This document shows positions 43,450 through 55,726 of a stretch of 64,000 bases of DNA, piece by piece. Source of the DNA: an uncultured Chloroflexia bacterium (GTDB lineage: Bacteria > Chloroflexota > Limnocylindria > Limnocylindrales > CSP1-4). Position 1 is the first letter of the stretch. Each line of letters starts with the position of its first letter. Both the position numbers and the translations under genes were made by a program. The DNA is taken from the NCBI GenBank assembly GCA_963728605.1, contig CAVSKS010000009.1, positions 77,447 through 141,446 of the forward strand. The letters are read 5' to 3'. A model generated the notes under the pieces. It was not told the DNA's origin. It saw only the letters and a program-made list of their open reading frames with translations, and did no database searches.

Positions 43450-46400
43450 ATGCGACCACAGCGGCTGCCGCGACGCGCGAGCACCGGGCCAGGCACACCG
43501 GCCGGCCTCGATCGTCGAGCCCTCGTCTCCGCCCTGGGGGTCCTCCTCCTGCTGGCGGCCGTCGGCGTTGCGTCCGCTGCCAAGCCGCCCAAGCCGCCGG
43601 CCGGTCTGGCCGCAACCGCCTCGGTGAACCCCACCGTCCAGTATCTGGGCGACACGGTTGGGACCGACTTCACCTTCTCGGTCCGGAACACCGGCACCAT
43701 CGGGATTGGTGCGGTGGAGATCGCCCGGCCCTCGTCGTCCTGGCTGGTCACGGCCTGCCCGCTCGCGCCCGCCGGCTGGACGACCCAGCGGAGTGACAAC
43801 TTCTGCCGCTACCGCAGCGATACCGCGACGACGGACGACCTCGCACCCGGCAGCTTGACCAGCACCTTCCAGATCAGGGCGACAACCCTTGCTGGGACGG
43901 CCGATCGGACCGGCACCTGGATCGTGCGCGTGTCCGCCTCGAACAGCTTCGACAACCCGAGCAGCCTCAAGCCGGCCCCGGCCGAGGCGCCGGGCCTGAC
44001 GATCACGGCCTTCGCGTGGCAGATCACCGACGCGGTGGTGGGGTCGGGCAACGCGGGCGATCCGTGCCCGGCGGCGAGTGCCGCCAACCACTCCGCGATC
44101 ACCGGCAGCACCCAGACGATCCTCATCTGCGGCCGCAACCGGATGACGGTCTCGGACACCCCGGCGGCCAGCCGGTCGTCGCTGGGCGGCACCTTCATCG
44201 CCGACGACGGGACGTTCAGCTCCGCGGCTATCGCCGCCAACAGCGCCAACCTGGTCATCGGCAAGTGGACCGGCGCCCAGATCGCGAGCACCGCCGGCCC
44301 CGGCAAGTCGATCGTCGCCAAGGTCGGATCCGCGGCGAATCGCAACTCGCCGATCACGACTCTCGACGACATCTGCGGCGCCTCGCCGCAGTTTCAGACC
44401 TGCATCGCCAACGGTGGCTACGAGGCGCTCAACCAGCCGCCCGACGCGGTCGACGACACCGCCGGTGCCAACGAGGACGGCCCAGCGGTCGCGATCGACG
44501 TCCTGGCCAACGACTCCGACCCGGACGGCGATCCGTTCTCGATCACCGCGACCGGCGGCAGCCCGGCCGGCCTGGTGACGATCACCGGCGGTGGGTCCGG
44601 CATCGACTACGACCCGAACGGCCAGTTCGAATCTCTCGCCGCGGGCGATAGCACCACGGACACCTTCACCTACACGATCGCTGACACATTCGGCGCGACC
44701 GACACCGCGACCGTCACGATCACGATCACCGGCTCCAACGACGGCCCGGATGCCGTCGACGACGTTGGCACCGTCGGCGAGGACAGCACCGGAACGACAA
44801 TCTTCGTTCTCGCCAACGACACCGACGCCGACGGCGACACGCTGACCGTCAGCGCGGTCGACACCACGGGGACGACCGGCCTGGTCACCAACAACGGCAC
44901 CGATGTGACCTACGACCCGAACGGGGCGTTCGACAGCCTGGGCGCCGGCGAGTCCGACACCGACACCTTCACCTACACCGCATCCGACGGCAACGGCGGG
45001 ACCGACACCGCGACCGTCACGATCACGATCACCGGCTCCAACGACGGCCCGGATGCCGTCGACGACGTTGGCACCGTCGGCGAGGACAGCACCGGAACGA
45101 CAATCTTCGTTCTCGCCAACGACACCGACGCCGACGGCGACACGCTGACCGTCAGCGCGGTCGACACCACGGGGACGACCGGCCTGGTCACCAACAACGG
45201 CACCGATGTGACCTACGACCCGAACGGGGCGTTCGACAGCCTGGGCGCCGGCGAGTCCGACACCGACACCTTCACCTACACCGCATCCGACGGCAACGGC
45301 GGGACCGACACCGCGACCGTCACGATCACGATCACCGGCTCCAACGACGGCCCGGATGCCGTCGACGACGTTGGCACCGTCGGCGAGGACAGCACCGGAA
45401 CGACAATCTTCGTTCTCGCCAACGACACCGACGCCGACGGCGACACGCTGACCGTCAGCGCGGTCGACACCACGGGGACGACCGGCCTGGTCACCAACAA
45501 CGGCACCGATGTGACCTACGACCCGAACGGGGCGTTCGACAGCCTGGGCGCCGGCGAGTCCGACACCGACACCTTCACCTACACCGCATCCGACGGCAAC
45601 GGCGGGACCGACACCGCGACCGTCACGATCACGATCACCGGCTCCAACGACGGCCCGGATGCCGTCGACGACGTTGGCACCGTCGGCGAGGACAGCACCG
45701 GAACGACAATCTTCGTTCTCGCCAACGACACCGACGCCGACGGCGACACGCTGACCGTCAGCGCGGTCGACACCACGGGGACGACCGGCCTGGTCACCAA
45801 CAACGGCACCGATGTGACCTACGACCCGAACGGGGCGTTCGACAGCCTGGGCGCCGGCGAGTCCGACACCGACACCTTCACCTACACCGCATCCGACGGC
45901 AACGGCGGGACCGACACCGCGACCGTCACGATCACGATCACCGGCTCCAACGACGGTCCCACGGCCAATGACGACACCGACTCGACCTCCGAGTTCGACG
46001 ACGTCGTCATCGACGCCCTGGCCAACGACACCGATCCAGATGCCACTGACGTCCTGACCATCAGCGCGGTCGACACGACCGGCACCGCCGGCAGCGTCAC
46101 GAACAACGGGACCGATGTCACCTACGACCCGAATGGCCAGTTCGACGACCTCGAGGACGGCGAGAGCGACACCGACTCGTTCACCTACACCGTCTCCGAC
46201 GGCAACGGCGGCACCGACACCGCGACCGTAACCGTGACGATCAACGGCATCACGGACATTCCGCCGACCGCGGTCGACGACAGCGCGACGCTCGCCGAAG
46301 ACCCCGGCGCTACCGCCATTGACGTGCTGGCCAACGATCAGAACGCGGACGGCGGGCCGATGACGATCTCGTCGGCGTCGGATCCCGCGAACGGGACCGT

Positions 46401-49400
46401 AGTCCTGACCGGCGGCTCGTCCGGTGCCCACACCGGGCTGACCTACGAGCCGGATCCCAACTTCTGCAACGACCCGCCCGGGACCACGACAGACGACTTC
46501 ACGTACACGCTCAACGGCGGCTCGACGGCCACGGTCTCCGTCACCGTCACCTGTGCCAACGACAACCCCATCGCGACAGACGACACCGGGTCCACTGACG
46601 AAGACACGACGCTCAGCGTCGCTGCGCCAGGCGTTCTGGTGAACGACACCGACGCCGACGGACCCAGCCTGAGCGTGACCCAGCTCAACGGCAGCCCGGC
46701 GGCCATCGGCGTGTCAACGGCGATCCCATCGGGCGCGCTCGTGACCCTCAACGCGAACGGCTCGTACACCTTTGACCCGAACGGCCAGTTCGACTCGCTC
46801 GAGGTCATCGACACCGACCACGACTCGTTCACCTACACCGTCGCCGATGGAGCCGGTGGCACCGCCACGGCCACCGTGACCATCAGCATCCATGGCGTCA
46901 ACGACGACCCGGACGCGGTCGACGACGTCGCCAGCGTCAGCGAAGACAGCTCGGGCACGACGATCGACGTCCTGGCCAACGACACGGATCCTGAGACCCC
47001 GAACACGGTCGCGATCACCGCCATCGGCACGACCGGGACGGTCGGCTCCGTCACGAACAACGGCACGGACGTGACCTACGACCCGAACGGCCAGTTCGAC
47101 GGCCTCGGCGTCGGCGACACCGACACCGACACGTTCACCTACACCGTCTCCGACGGCAACGGCGGCACCGACACGGCGACCGTGACGATCACGATCACCG
47201 GCGTCAACGACCCGCCGACGGCCAACGACGACACCGACACGACCAACGAGGACACGTCCAAGGTCGTCGACGTCCTGGCCAACGACACCGACCCGGATCT
47301 CGACACCCTCGCAGTGTCGATCGTCGGCACGCCGGACAACGGCGGCTCGGTGACCATCACCAATGCCGGGGCGAACGTCACGTTCAATCCCGGCTCGGAC
47401 TTCCAGGACCTCCAGACCGGCCAGTCCCGGAACACATCGTTCACCTACACCGCCTCGGACGGCAACGGCGGCACCGACACCGCCACGGTGACGATCACCG
47501 TGACCGGCGTCAGCGACGCCCCCGTCGCCGACGACGAGACCTTCAACGGCGCCAACTCGGCCGTGGGCAACACATCGCTCGTGGTCAACGACCCGACCGA
47601 CGGCGCGCCCGTCCTCAGCGGCGCCAAGAAGTCGATCACCGGCGACATTCTCAATGGCGACACCGACGTCGACGGGCCCGGGCCACTGACTGTGACCGCG
47701 GGCACGTTCGCCACGGCTGACGGCGGCTCAGTCACGATCGAGGCGGACGGTGACTTCACCTTCCAGCCCGCCGTCGGGACGAGCTGCACCGATGTCTCGG
47801 ACTTCTTCGACTACACGCTTGAGGATTCCGGCTCGCCTGAGCTGACGGACATCGGCCGGGTCACGATTTCGATCTCCGGCTGCGTCTGGTACGTCAACAA
47901 CAACGCGGCCGGCGACTCGGGCAGCTCGAGCGCGCCGTTCGACACGCTGGGCCAGGCCGAGTTGGCCTCCGACCCAGACTCGACGATCTACATATTCCGT
48001 GGCAACGGGTTGCCAGTAGGCCTGACGCTCGACCTCGATCTCGACACGAACCAGCGGCTCCACGGCGAAGCGATCGACTTGGTCGTCGACGGCGTGACGC
48101 TGTTCACGGGGGCCGGCGGCCAGCGGCCCAGCCTTGCGGGCAGCATCATTCTCGGGAACAACAACCATCTCAGCGGCTTCTCCATCGCCGGAATGGCGAG
48201 CGTGGCGGCCATCTCACCCGGCACGACGTCGATCGTTGGCGGCACGATCGCCAACGTCGTCGTCACCGGCTCCGCGGGCGGCGTCGACCTGACCGGCACG
48301 GCGGGGACGTGGAACCTGAGCGATCTCTCGATCTCGACCTCCGGCGGCGACGCCCTCGAGGTGAACAACAACGGCCCCGTGAACTTCATAAGTGCCGGCA
48401 CCATTTCGGTCACCTCGGCCGCCGGCGCCGGCGTCAGGATCACAGGCACGACGACGTCGGGCGTCATCGACAGCGTCACCGTGTCGTCATCGCCGAACGA
48501 GGGCATCGTCCTCGACGACAACCCGGGCGCCCTGACCGTCAACGACATCAACCTCACGACGACCGGTGTGGGCCTGCTCGTCGATTCCAGCGAGGACGTC
48601 ACGATCAGCGGCGGCGACGCCGACATCACGTCCGCGAACACGGCCGTCTCGTTGACCACCGATGGGAGCAACCCCGCCAATCCTCCTGATGTGACGCTTG
48701 ACCAGGTCACGTCGACGGGCGGCCCGCTCGGCATCGACATCGAGGACATTGGCGTCGGGACCTTCTCGGCCACCGGTGGGACGCTCAGCGGTCACGTCTT
48801 CGCCGAGGTCTCAATTGGCTCCGGCAGCGGCAACATCACTTACGGCGGCACGATCGGCAACGGCAGCGGCCGGTCCGTTGACATTGCCCTTCGCACCGGC
48901 GGAGCCATCACCCTGAGTGGCAACATCAACGACACCAACGATGCGGGTGGCGGCGTGAACATGCGGCAACACCGACGGAGCGTCACGTTCAGCGGCGCCA
49001 CCAAGACGCTGAACACGGGCGCCTTGCCCGCCGTCGCGTGGCCAAGAACCGGCCGCACCATCAACCTCACGGCGGCGGCCTCGACATCGACACGATCCAG
49101 CGGAGCCGGGCTCTCGGCGACCGGCGGTGGGACCGTCCAGGTCACGACCGGGGCCAACCCCAACACGATCGACACCGGCGCCGGGACGGCGGTGAACATC
49201 TCCGAGCACGACCATCGCGCGCCCCACGTGACCTTCCGGTCGGTCAATCCATCGGCGGCACAACGGATCGTCCTCACCACGACCGGCACAACATCGTCAC
49301 GAACGGCTCGTGTCCTACCGGCCACATCGCCGTCACCTGCGGAACGGCGGGCTCACGCCGACTGGACGGGCGGGACCATCCAGGCACGTCCGGCAACGCG

Positions 49401-50554
49401 ATCAGCCTATCGAGGACGCTGAGCCCGTCGTTCAACCGGATGAACCTCACCAACAACCTCGGCAGCGGCGTGGCCGCGTCCGGCGTGTCCGGCCTGACCG
49501 TGGCCCACAGCCGGATCGAGACTCCGGCGAAACGGCCGGCAGCTCCGGCCGGCATCTCGGTGACCAACGTGACCGGCACGACCTCGGTCTCGAGCTCGCA
49601 CGATCAGCCACTCATTCGACTCGAACGTCCACTGGAACATCTCGTCGGGGACGGGCACGGTGAGCGTGGCCAGCTCGAACAACGGCCCGACGAACATCGA
49701 CGGGACGCTGGCAACTCCGGCTCCAGATCGTCGGCACGGGCACGGCGTCAGCACCCTGAACGTGTCCGGCAGCACCTTCGACGACAACAACGCGATGGGC
49801 GTCGGGACGTCGATGGCCAACTCGTCCGCCCTGACGCTGAACGTCTCGACCAGCACGTTCACCGACAACAACATGGCGGTGGCGGTGGGCGTCGTCGACG
49901 ACGCCGACATCACCTTCGACATCAACGGCAACACCGCCCTCCGCTCGGAGACGAACGGCTTCCAGGTGCTGTCGGGCGAGACGTCGAACACCGCCTCGGA
50001 CGTGACCGGGTTCATCCGCAACAACACCATCGGCAACGCCAACGCCGACTCCGGGGTCGCGCGACCTGCACGGCATCGCGGTCGAGCTCAACGACGACGC
50101 CGACGGGATCATCTCGATCCTGAACAACACCATCCAGCACGTCGACCAGCACGGCATCTTCGTGACGACCCGCGACCTGACGGGCGTCGATCCGACCCCG
50201 ATCGACACGACGCTGGACGTCCACATCCGGGACAACGCGATCCTGAGCATCGACGACAACTCGATCGTCCCGATCGGGCTCGTCTACGGCATGCTGATCG
50301 ACGCCCGGTCGGTCTCGAACATGTGCCTCGACATCAACAGCAACGACTCGTGCGAACATCGCGGCCCAGGACATCCGGGTCCGCCAGCGCGACACCTCGG
50401 TCTTCCGTCTGGAGCGGTTCGTCGGCAACGGCGTTACTCGTCACCGACGTCGAGAGCTTCATCGTCGCCCAGAACGACCCCGGCACGACCGCCGACGCAA
50501 CGCTGGTCACAGGCTTCACCGGCGTCGCCGACGGCGCTCTGCCGCGATCCGTAG
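43450..50554 (+). CDS. Giant surface adhesin: novel N-terminal module + 11 cadherin-like/VCBS-type ~100-aa repeats + parallel beta-helix region (3' third needs frame corrections)
   Basis: Intact ORF 43450..49422 (1990 aa). N-terminal anchor/signal ALVSALGVLLLLAAVGVASA. Repeat motif DDxxxxxEDxxxxIDVLANDTDxDGDxL...YDPNGxFDxLxxGxxDTDTFTYTxSDGNGGTDTATVTITI. Then VWYVNNNAAGDSGSSSAPFDTLGQA and beta-helix-type repeats. From ~48955 the sensible sequence jumps between frames (track ORFs 49038.., 49660..50583). The probable true stop is TAG 50552-50554, by homology to the paralog's C-terminus GVADGACRQP*. Confidence 0.8.
44698..45956 (+). repeat. Four perfect 303-bp tandem copies (plus 47 bp of a fifth) inside the adhesin gene
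   Basis: Units start at 44698, 45001, 45304 and 45607. 45910 begins a fifth copy that diverges after ~47 nt. I compared copies 1 and 2 base by base and found them identical. Each encodes the same 101-aa domain. The minus-strand track ORFs at 44670, 44973, 45276 and 45579 repeat with 303-bp spacing. Confidence 0.95.
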
Positions 50555-50618
50555 AGGAGACGGCGCACCGAACCCTGACCTGACCGAGGGCACGACCACG
50601 ACTGGAGGAGGGACGCAC

Positions 50619-53600
50619 ATGACCGCGCGGCGGGCGACCGGCGAGCTGGCGAGACACCGCGTGGCTGCATGACCGTCGAGGTCGGGCCGTCCTCGGCGTG
50701 GTGGTCCTGGCGGCCCTGAGCCTCGGCGATCGTGGCGACCGTCCGCGGTGTCACGATCGCCGCTACGGCGTCAGTCTCGCCGGCGTTCATGTATCTCGGC
50801 GACAGCGGCGCGGCCTTCACGGCGACCGTGACGAACACCGGGACCGGTGAGCCTCGGCGCGGTCGAGGTGGAGCGGCCCGGCCAACAACGTGGTCGATCG
50901 TCGGCCTGCCCGGCCGCGCCCGGCCGGCTGGACGACCCAGCAGGACAGCAACAAGTGCCGCTATCGCAGCGCCGACGGCACCGCCGACGACATCCAGGTC
51001 CGGGCGCGACGTCGTCCGCCTTCTCAGTGTCAGGGCTGGCCGCCAACCTGGGCAACCGCGACAAGACTGGCACCTGGAAGGTTCGGGTCAGCCAGACCAA
51101 CAGCTTCAGCAACCCGAACACGGTCGTCGCGGCGTCGGCCGTCGCGCCGGGACTCGGGCAACACGGCCCATACGTGGCAGGTCCTCGACGCCGATCGTGG
51201 CCGACAGCGGCCCGGTGACGCCCGGTACGCGCCTGCCCACCGCCGAACCGCGAGGCGCTGACCTCGGCGAACGTCACGATCGTCATCTGCGGCCGCAACC
51301 GCAGCTCGCAGGCCCACACGCCATCCGCGGCCCTGTCGACGCTCGGCGGCACGTTCATCGGCTTCGCCGGGGACGTTCAGTTCGGCGTCCATCGCCGGCC
51401 AGACGCCGGCCGCCGGGGTCGTGATCGGCAACTGGATCGGCGCGACGGTCAGCTGGCTCATCGGGCACGAATCTCGACCGTCGTCGTCCTGATCCGCTCG
51501 GCCGCTCGACGAGACGTCGCCGGTCACGACGTTGGGCGGCTACACACGCCATCAACCGGCCGCCGACGGCCGTCGACGACGCGGCAATCGACCGACGAGG
51601 ACACCGCGGTCGACATCGCCGTCCTGGTCAATGACTCCGATCCCGAGAACCAGACCCTCAGCGTCGCCGCCGTCGAACACGACCGGCACGATCGGCAGCG
51701 TCACCAACAACGGGACGGACGTCACCTACGACCCGAACGGCCAGTTCGAGCGACCTCGGCGCCGGCGAGACCGCGCAGCGACAGCTTCAGCTACACCGTC
51801 AGCGACGGCCACGGCGGCACCGACACGGCGACCGTCACGGTCACCATCACCGGCGTCAACGACGACCCGGACGCGGTCGACGATGGCGGCGCCGGCTTCG
51901 AGACCGACGAGGACACGCCCTTCACGACGGCGAGCGTCCTGACCAACGACACCGACGTCGAGAACGACACCCTCACCGTCGTCGGGCTTGACGACTCGGC
52001 CACGCAGGGCACTCGTCACCGACAACGGCGACGGCACGTTCGACTACGACCCGAACGGCGCGTTCGGCGACGAGGGCACCGACACCTTCTCGTACACCAT
52101 CTCCGACGGCAACGGTGGCACCGACACCGCGACCGTCACGATCACGATCGAGGGCGTCAACGATCCGCCGACGGCGGTCGACGACTCGTACAGCGGCGTC
52201 GATCGGGAACACGACAGCGGCGGTCGGGACGACCCCGACCGGGCCCGTCGTGGCCCTGACCGGCAACGTCCTGTCCGCCAACGACACCGACCCCGATGAC
52301 GTGACGCTCACCGCGTCGTTCGTCTCCGCCAGCCCCGGTGCGGACGTCACCGTCAACGCCGACGGCTCGTTCGTCTACGTCCCGCCGGCCGGTCTCACCT
52401 CGACGACCGATACGTTCACCTACCGGGTGACCGACGGTGACGGTCTCTTCGACGATGGCACCGTCCAGATCGCGATCGGCGCGGACATCGTCTGGTACGT
52501 CAACGCCAGCGCGGTCGCGGGCGGAGATGGCCGCTCGACCGAGCCGTTCGACACGCTGGCGCCCCTGCGCGGGGCCGGCGACGCACGATGCCGCGGGGGC
52601 GATCCTCTTCCTCTACGCCGGCTCGTACAACGGCGGCCTGCCGCTCGAAGCGGACCAGGACCTGATCGGCGAAGCGGCCGGCCTGACCGTGGACGGCCAC
52701 GGCCTGGTCCCGGCGACCGGCACCAAGCCATCGATCACCAACGCCTCGGGTGACGGCATCGGGCTGGCGGATGGGGTCTCGGTCCGGGGCCATCAGCGTC
52801 GACGACGCGGCGGTGGACGGAATCGCCGGCGAGAACGCCGGCGGGGTCGTCATCGACGACGTCGCCGTCAGCGACAGCGGGCGCCACGGCATCCACCTGA
52901 CAGGGTCGGGGGCCGGCTCGATGGGCCTCACCCTGACCGACTCGGCCATCTCGGACAGCGCCGGGACGGGCCTCCTGGTCCGGGGCAGCGGCGCAACGAA
53001 CGGTGATGTGTCGGCGTCGGGCAACGCCTTCGACGGCAACGGCGTCGGGGTGAACCTCGTCGCCAGCCTCGCCGACGACCTGTCGTTCACGATCGCCGAC
53101 AACACGCTGCTCGACACGATCGGCAACGCCATCCAGGTCATCACCCCGGCGCCACCGTTCGGCACCGCCGACGCCGAGGTCATCCGCGGCACGATCCGCG
53201 ACAACGTCATCGGCGGGTCCACCGCCGGGTCCGGGTCCCGCGACCTCATCGGCATCGCGATCGACGTCAACGGCGACGCCGACGCGGTCGATCGCGGTCA
53301 CCGGCAACGCGATCTCGCACACCGACCAGCAGGGCATCTTCGTCCAGGCACGGCTCGACAACGACGGCGACGCCGCCGTCGGGCGGCTTGACCTGACCCT
53401 TCGCGACAACACGATCGGGACGCCGGACGACGACTCGGCCTTCCCGATCGGGACGGTCCACGGCGTCCAGATCGAGTCCCGGAACACCACCCAGGTCTGC
53501 CTCGACATCGCCGGCAACGACTCGGCCTCGGTCGGCAGCGGATCCGACTTCCGGGTCCGCCAGCGCGATCAGTCGACGTTCAGCCTCGAGCGGTTCGCCG

Positions 53601-53730
53601 GGTCGGGGACCAGCGTCTCGCGACGTGGCCGCGTTCATCGTGGCCCAGAACGCCGGCGGCTCCACCGCCAGCGTGACCATCGCCACCATCGTTCACCGGC
53701 GTCGCCGACGGCGCCTGTCGACAGCCGTGA
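50619..53730 (+). pseudogene. Paralogous adhesin (same N- and C-terminal modules, 2-3 cadherin-like repeats, beta-helix), heavily frameshifted
   Basis: ATG 50619 with GGAGGAGGG upstream. Fragments in all three frames match adhesin 1: ATASVSPAFMYLGDSGAAFTATVTNTG; PAGWTTQQDSNKCRYRSADGTADDIQ; TGTWKVRVSQTNSFSNPN; VTIVICGRN; IGSVTNNGTDVTYDPNGQFE; FSYTISDGNGGTDTATVTITIEGVNDPP; IVWYVNASAVAGGDGRSTEPFDTLAP. Ends ...GVADGACRQP* at 53730. At least 10 frame changes are needed. Confidence 0.7.
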
Positions 53731-53763
53731 CCCCGGTTTAGCGAACAGGGAGGGAGTTGAGGG

Positions 53764-54279
53764 ATGGGCGAATCCATTCTTGTCTGAGATCAGGATCTTC
53801 ACCATGAGCTTCGCGCCAAAAGGCTGGGCCCTGTGCAACGGCCAGCTGCTGCCGATCAACCAGAACCAGGCGCTGTTCTCGCTGCTCGGGACGACGTACG
53901 GCGGCGATGGGCAGACCAACTTTGCCTTGCCGGACCTCCGTGCCCGGGTGGCGATCCACTTCGGCCAGCGGCCACACCCTCGGTGAGCGGGCCGGGGAGA
54001 ACGCCCACACGGTCTCGATCGCCGAGGCGTCCACCCACACCCACGCGCTGCAGGCCTCCACGCTGGCGGCCGAACAGCCCGTCGCCCACGGCGCCCCAGG
54101 GCAACGTCTTCGGCGTCACCAGCGGCAACCAGATCTACGGGCCGCCGAACAATCTCACCTCGTTCGAGCCGACGACGGTGACCAACGTCGGTGGGAGCCA
54201 GGCGCACGAGAACCGGCAGCCGTACCTGGCCCTGAACTTCTGCATCGCCCTCCAGGGCATCTTCCCGTCGCAGAACTGA
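53764..54279 (+). pseudogene. Phage-tail-collar-domain protein 1 (MdpB-like), about 3 frame corrections needed
   Basis: ATG 53764 with GGGAGGGAG upstream. Segments: LSEIRIFTMSFAPKGWALCNGQLLPINQNQALFSLLGTTYGGDGQTNFALPDLR; GHTLGERAGENAHTVSIAEASTHTHALQAS; GNVFGVTSGNQIYG...GGSQAHENRQPYLALNFCIALQGIFPSQN*. Confidence 0.75.
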
Positions 54280-54289
54280 GGAGGAGACG

Positions 54290-54803
54290 ATGTCAAATCC
54301 ATACATCGGCGAGATCCGCATGTTCGCCGGCACCTTCGCGCCCGCCGGATGGGCGCTGTGCGACGGCCAATCAATGCCGATCGCGGACAACGACGCGCTG
54401 TTCACGCTGATCGGCACCACCTACGGCGGTGACGGCCAGGAGACCTTCAACCTCCCCAACCTCCAGAGCCGGGTGCCGATGCACATGGGGAACGGCGTCG
54501 TCCTCGCGGAGGCCGCCGGCGTCGGAGTCAGTGACGCTGACCGTCACCCAGACCCCGACCCACAGTCATCCGCTGCTGGGGTCGACGGCCCTGGGCAGCT
54601 CGACCGACGCCGCAGAACGCTCGTCCTGGCCCAGGACAACATCGCCGGCGCGGACCTCTACATCGAGGACACGCCCACCGCCAACATGGCGGCCACGGCG
54701 ATCGTGCCCGGTCGGAGGCTCGCAGCCGCACGAGAACATGCAGCCGTTCCTGGTCATCAATTTCATCATCTCGCTGTTCGGCCGCTTCCCGTCCCAGACC
54801 TGA
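54290..54803 (+). pseudogene. Phage-tail-collar-domain protein 2, frame corrections needed
   Basis: The ATG 54290 RBS (GAGGAGGAG) overlaps the previous stop. Segments: MSNPYIGEIRMFAGTFAPAGWALCDGQSMPIADNDALFTLIGTTYGGDGQETFNLPNLQSRVPMHMG; ESVTLTVTQTPTHSHPL; VGGSQPHENMQPFLVINFIISLFGRFPSQT*. Confidence 0.75.
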
Positions 54804-54811
54804 GGTGCACG

Positions 54812-55379
54812 ATGAGTGATCCATTCGTCGCCGAGATCCGGATCTTCCCGTTCAACTTCGCCCCGAAGGGTGGGCGTTCTGCAACGGGCAGCTCCTCCCG
54901 ATCTCGCAGAACACCGCGCTCTTCTCGCTGCTGGGGACCTTCTACGGCGGGGACGGCAAGTCGACCTTCGCACTGCCCGACCTGCAGGGCTCGGTCGCCA
55001 TGCACGCCGGCCAGGGCCCGGGCCTGTCGCAACGCTTCATCGGGGAGCAGTCCGGGTCGGAGTTCGTGACCCTGATCGGGTCGGAGATGCCCGCCCATAC
55101 GCACTCGCTGCGCGCCAACCCGCAGCTTGGCGACTCGCCCAGCCCGGCGGCCAACCGCACGATCGCCCGCCTCGGCAGCATCAACGTCTACCAGACGGAC
55201 AGCACCAACGCGAGCCTGACGACCGATGGCCTTCCAGGGTCTGCCGCCGGCCGGCGGCGATCTGCCGCACAACAACACTGATGCCGTACCTGACGCTCAA
55301 CTACTGCATCGCCTTGCAGGGCATTTTCCCACCCCGGCTCATGACCAGCAGTCACACCACTAGGAGGCACGGCACGTGA
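54812..55379 (+). pseudogene. Phage-tail-collar-domain protein 3, frame corrections needed
   Basis: ATG 54812. Segments: MSDPFVAEIRIFPFNFAPKG; WAFCNGQLLPISQNTALFSLLGTFYGGDGKSTFALPDLQGSVAMHAGQGPGLSQRFIGEQSGSEFVTLIGSEMPAHTHSL; LMPYLTLNYCIALQGIFPPR. In the final frame, stop 55377-55379 forms a GTGA overlap with the next ORF. Confidence 0.7.
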
Positions 55380-55725
55380 GGCGTCGAACATTCCTGCAAG
55401 CTGGTCGGACTCACCTCCGCGCGCGGCGGTCGCTGCCGGTCACGCGGTGCTGGTCGCATCCGGCGCGTCGGCGCCGGACGCGAGGTCGCCTGACTGCCGC
55501 CGTACGCGCCGGGCCGAGCCCAGCGCCCTGCGGTATCGCGGTAGGGACGGTCAGGATCTTCGTGAGCGCCAACGGTGGGCGGACGTGGAAGCGTCCACTC
55601 GCACCTTGGGCCCGATGTATCGACGTCGGGCGGCTCATCGACCGACGGCGCCGGCGGCGCCCGGGCGACGGTGGCGTTTCGAGGCCGGACCTTCGCCGTT
55701 GGTCCTGGGCGCCCGATCTTCGAGA
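55376..55725 (+). pseudogene. Short frameshifted ORF with Tat-like signal and one BNR/Asp-box-like motif
   Basis: GTG 55376 preceded by TAGGAGG. VRRRTFLQ, then (other frames) KLVGLTSA / AAVAAGHAVLVASGASAP, which is twin-arginine-signal-like. Later FVSANGGRTW fits SxDxGxTW loosely. Only ~115 codons lie before the GNAT gene. Identity is weak. Confidence 0.25.
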
Positions 55726-55726
55726 C

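Noticed and set aside
44698-45956. Possible CRISPR array (regular direct repeats), also considered for 61589-61810
   Set aside because: The 303-bp units are contiguous, in-frame coding repeats with no spacers. The 72-bp units are also contiguous without unique spacers and are too long for CRISPR repeats. No cas genes are present.
43366-46431. 1021-aa minus-strand ORF antisense to the adhesin, plus the series of 76-aa minus ORFs spaced 303 bp apart
   Set aside because: These are mirror images of the tandem coding repeats on the plus strand. The plus strand has an RBS, a signal anchor and recognisable cadherin-like motifs, while the minus-strand translation is Gly/Val/Arg-rich noise.
53764-55379. 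Prophage or phage-tail-like particle, suggested by three 'phage tail collar' genes
   Set aside because: No capsid, portal, terminase, sheath, tube, baseplate, lysis or integrase genes lie within 10 kb on either side. The collar domain alone is common in non-phage bacterial proteins.
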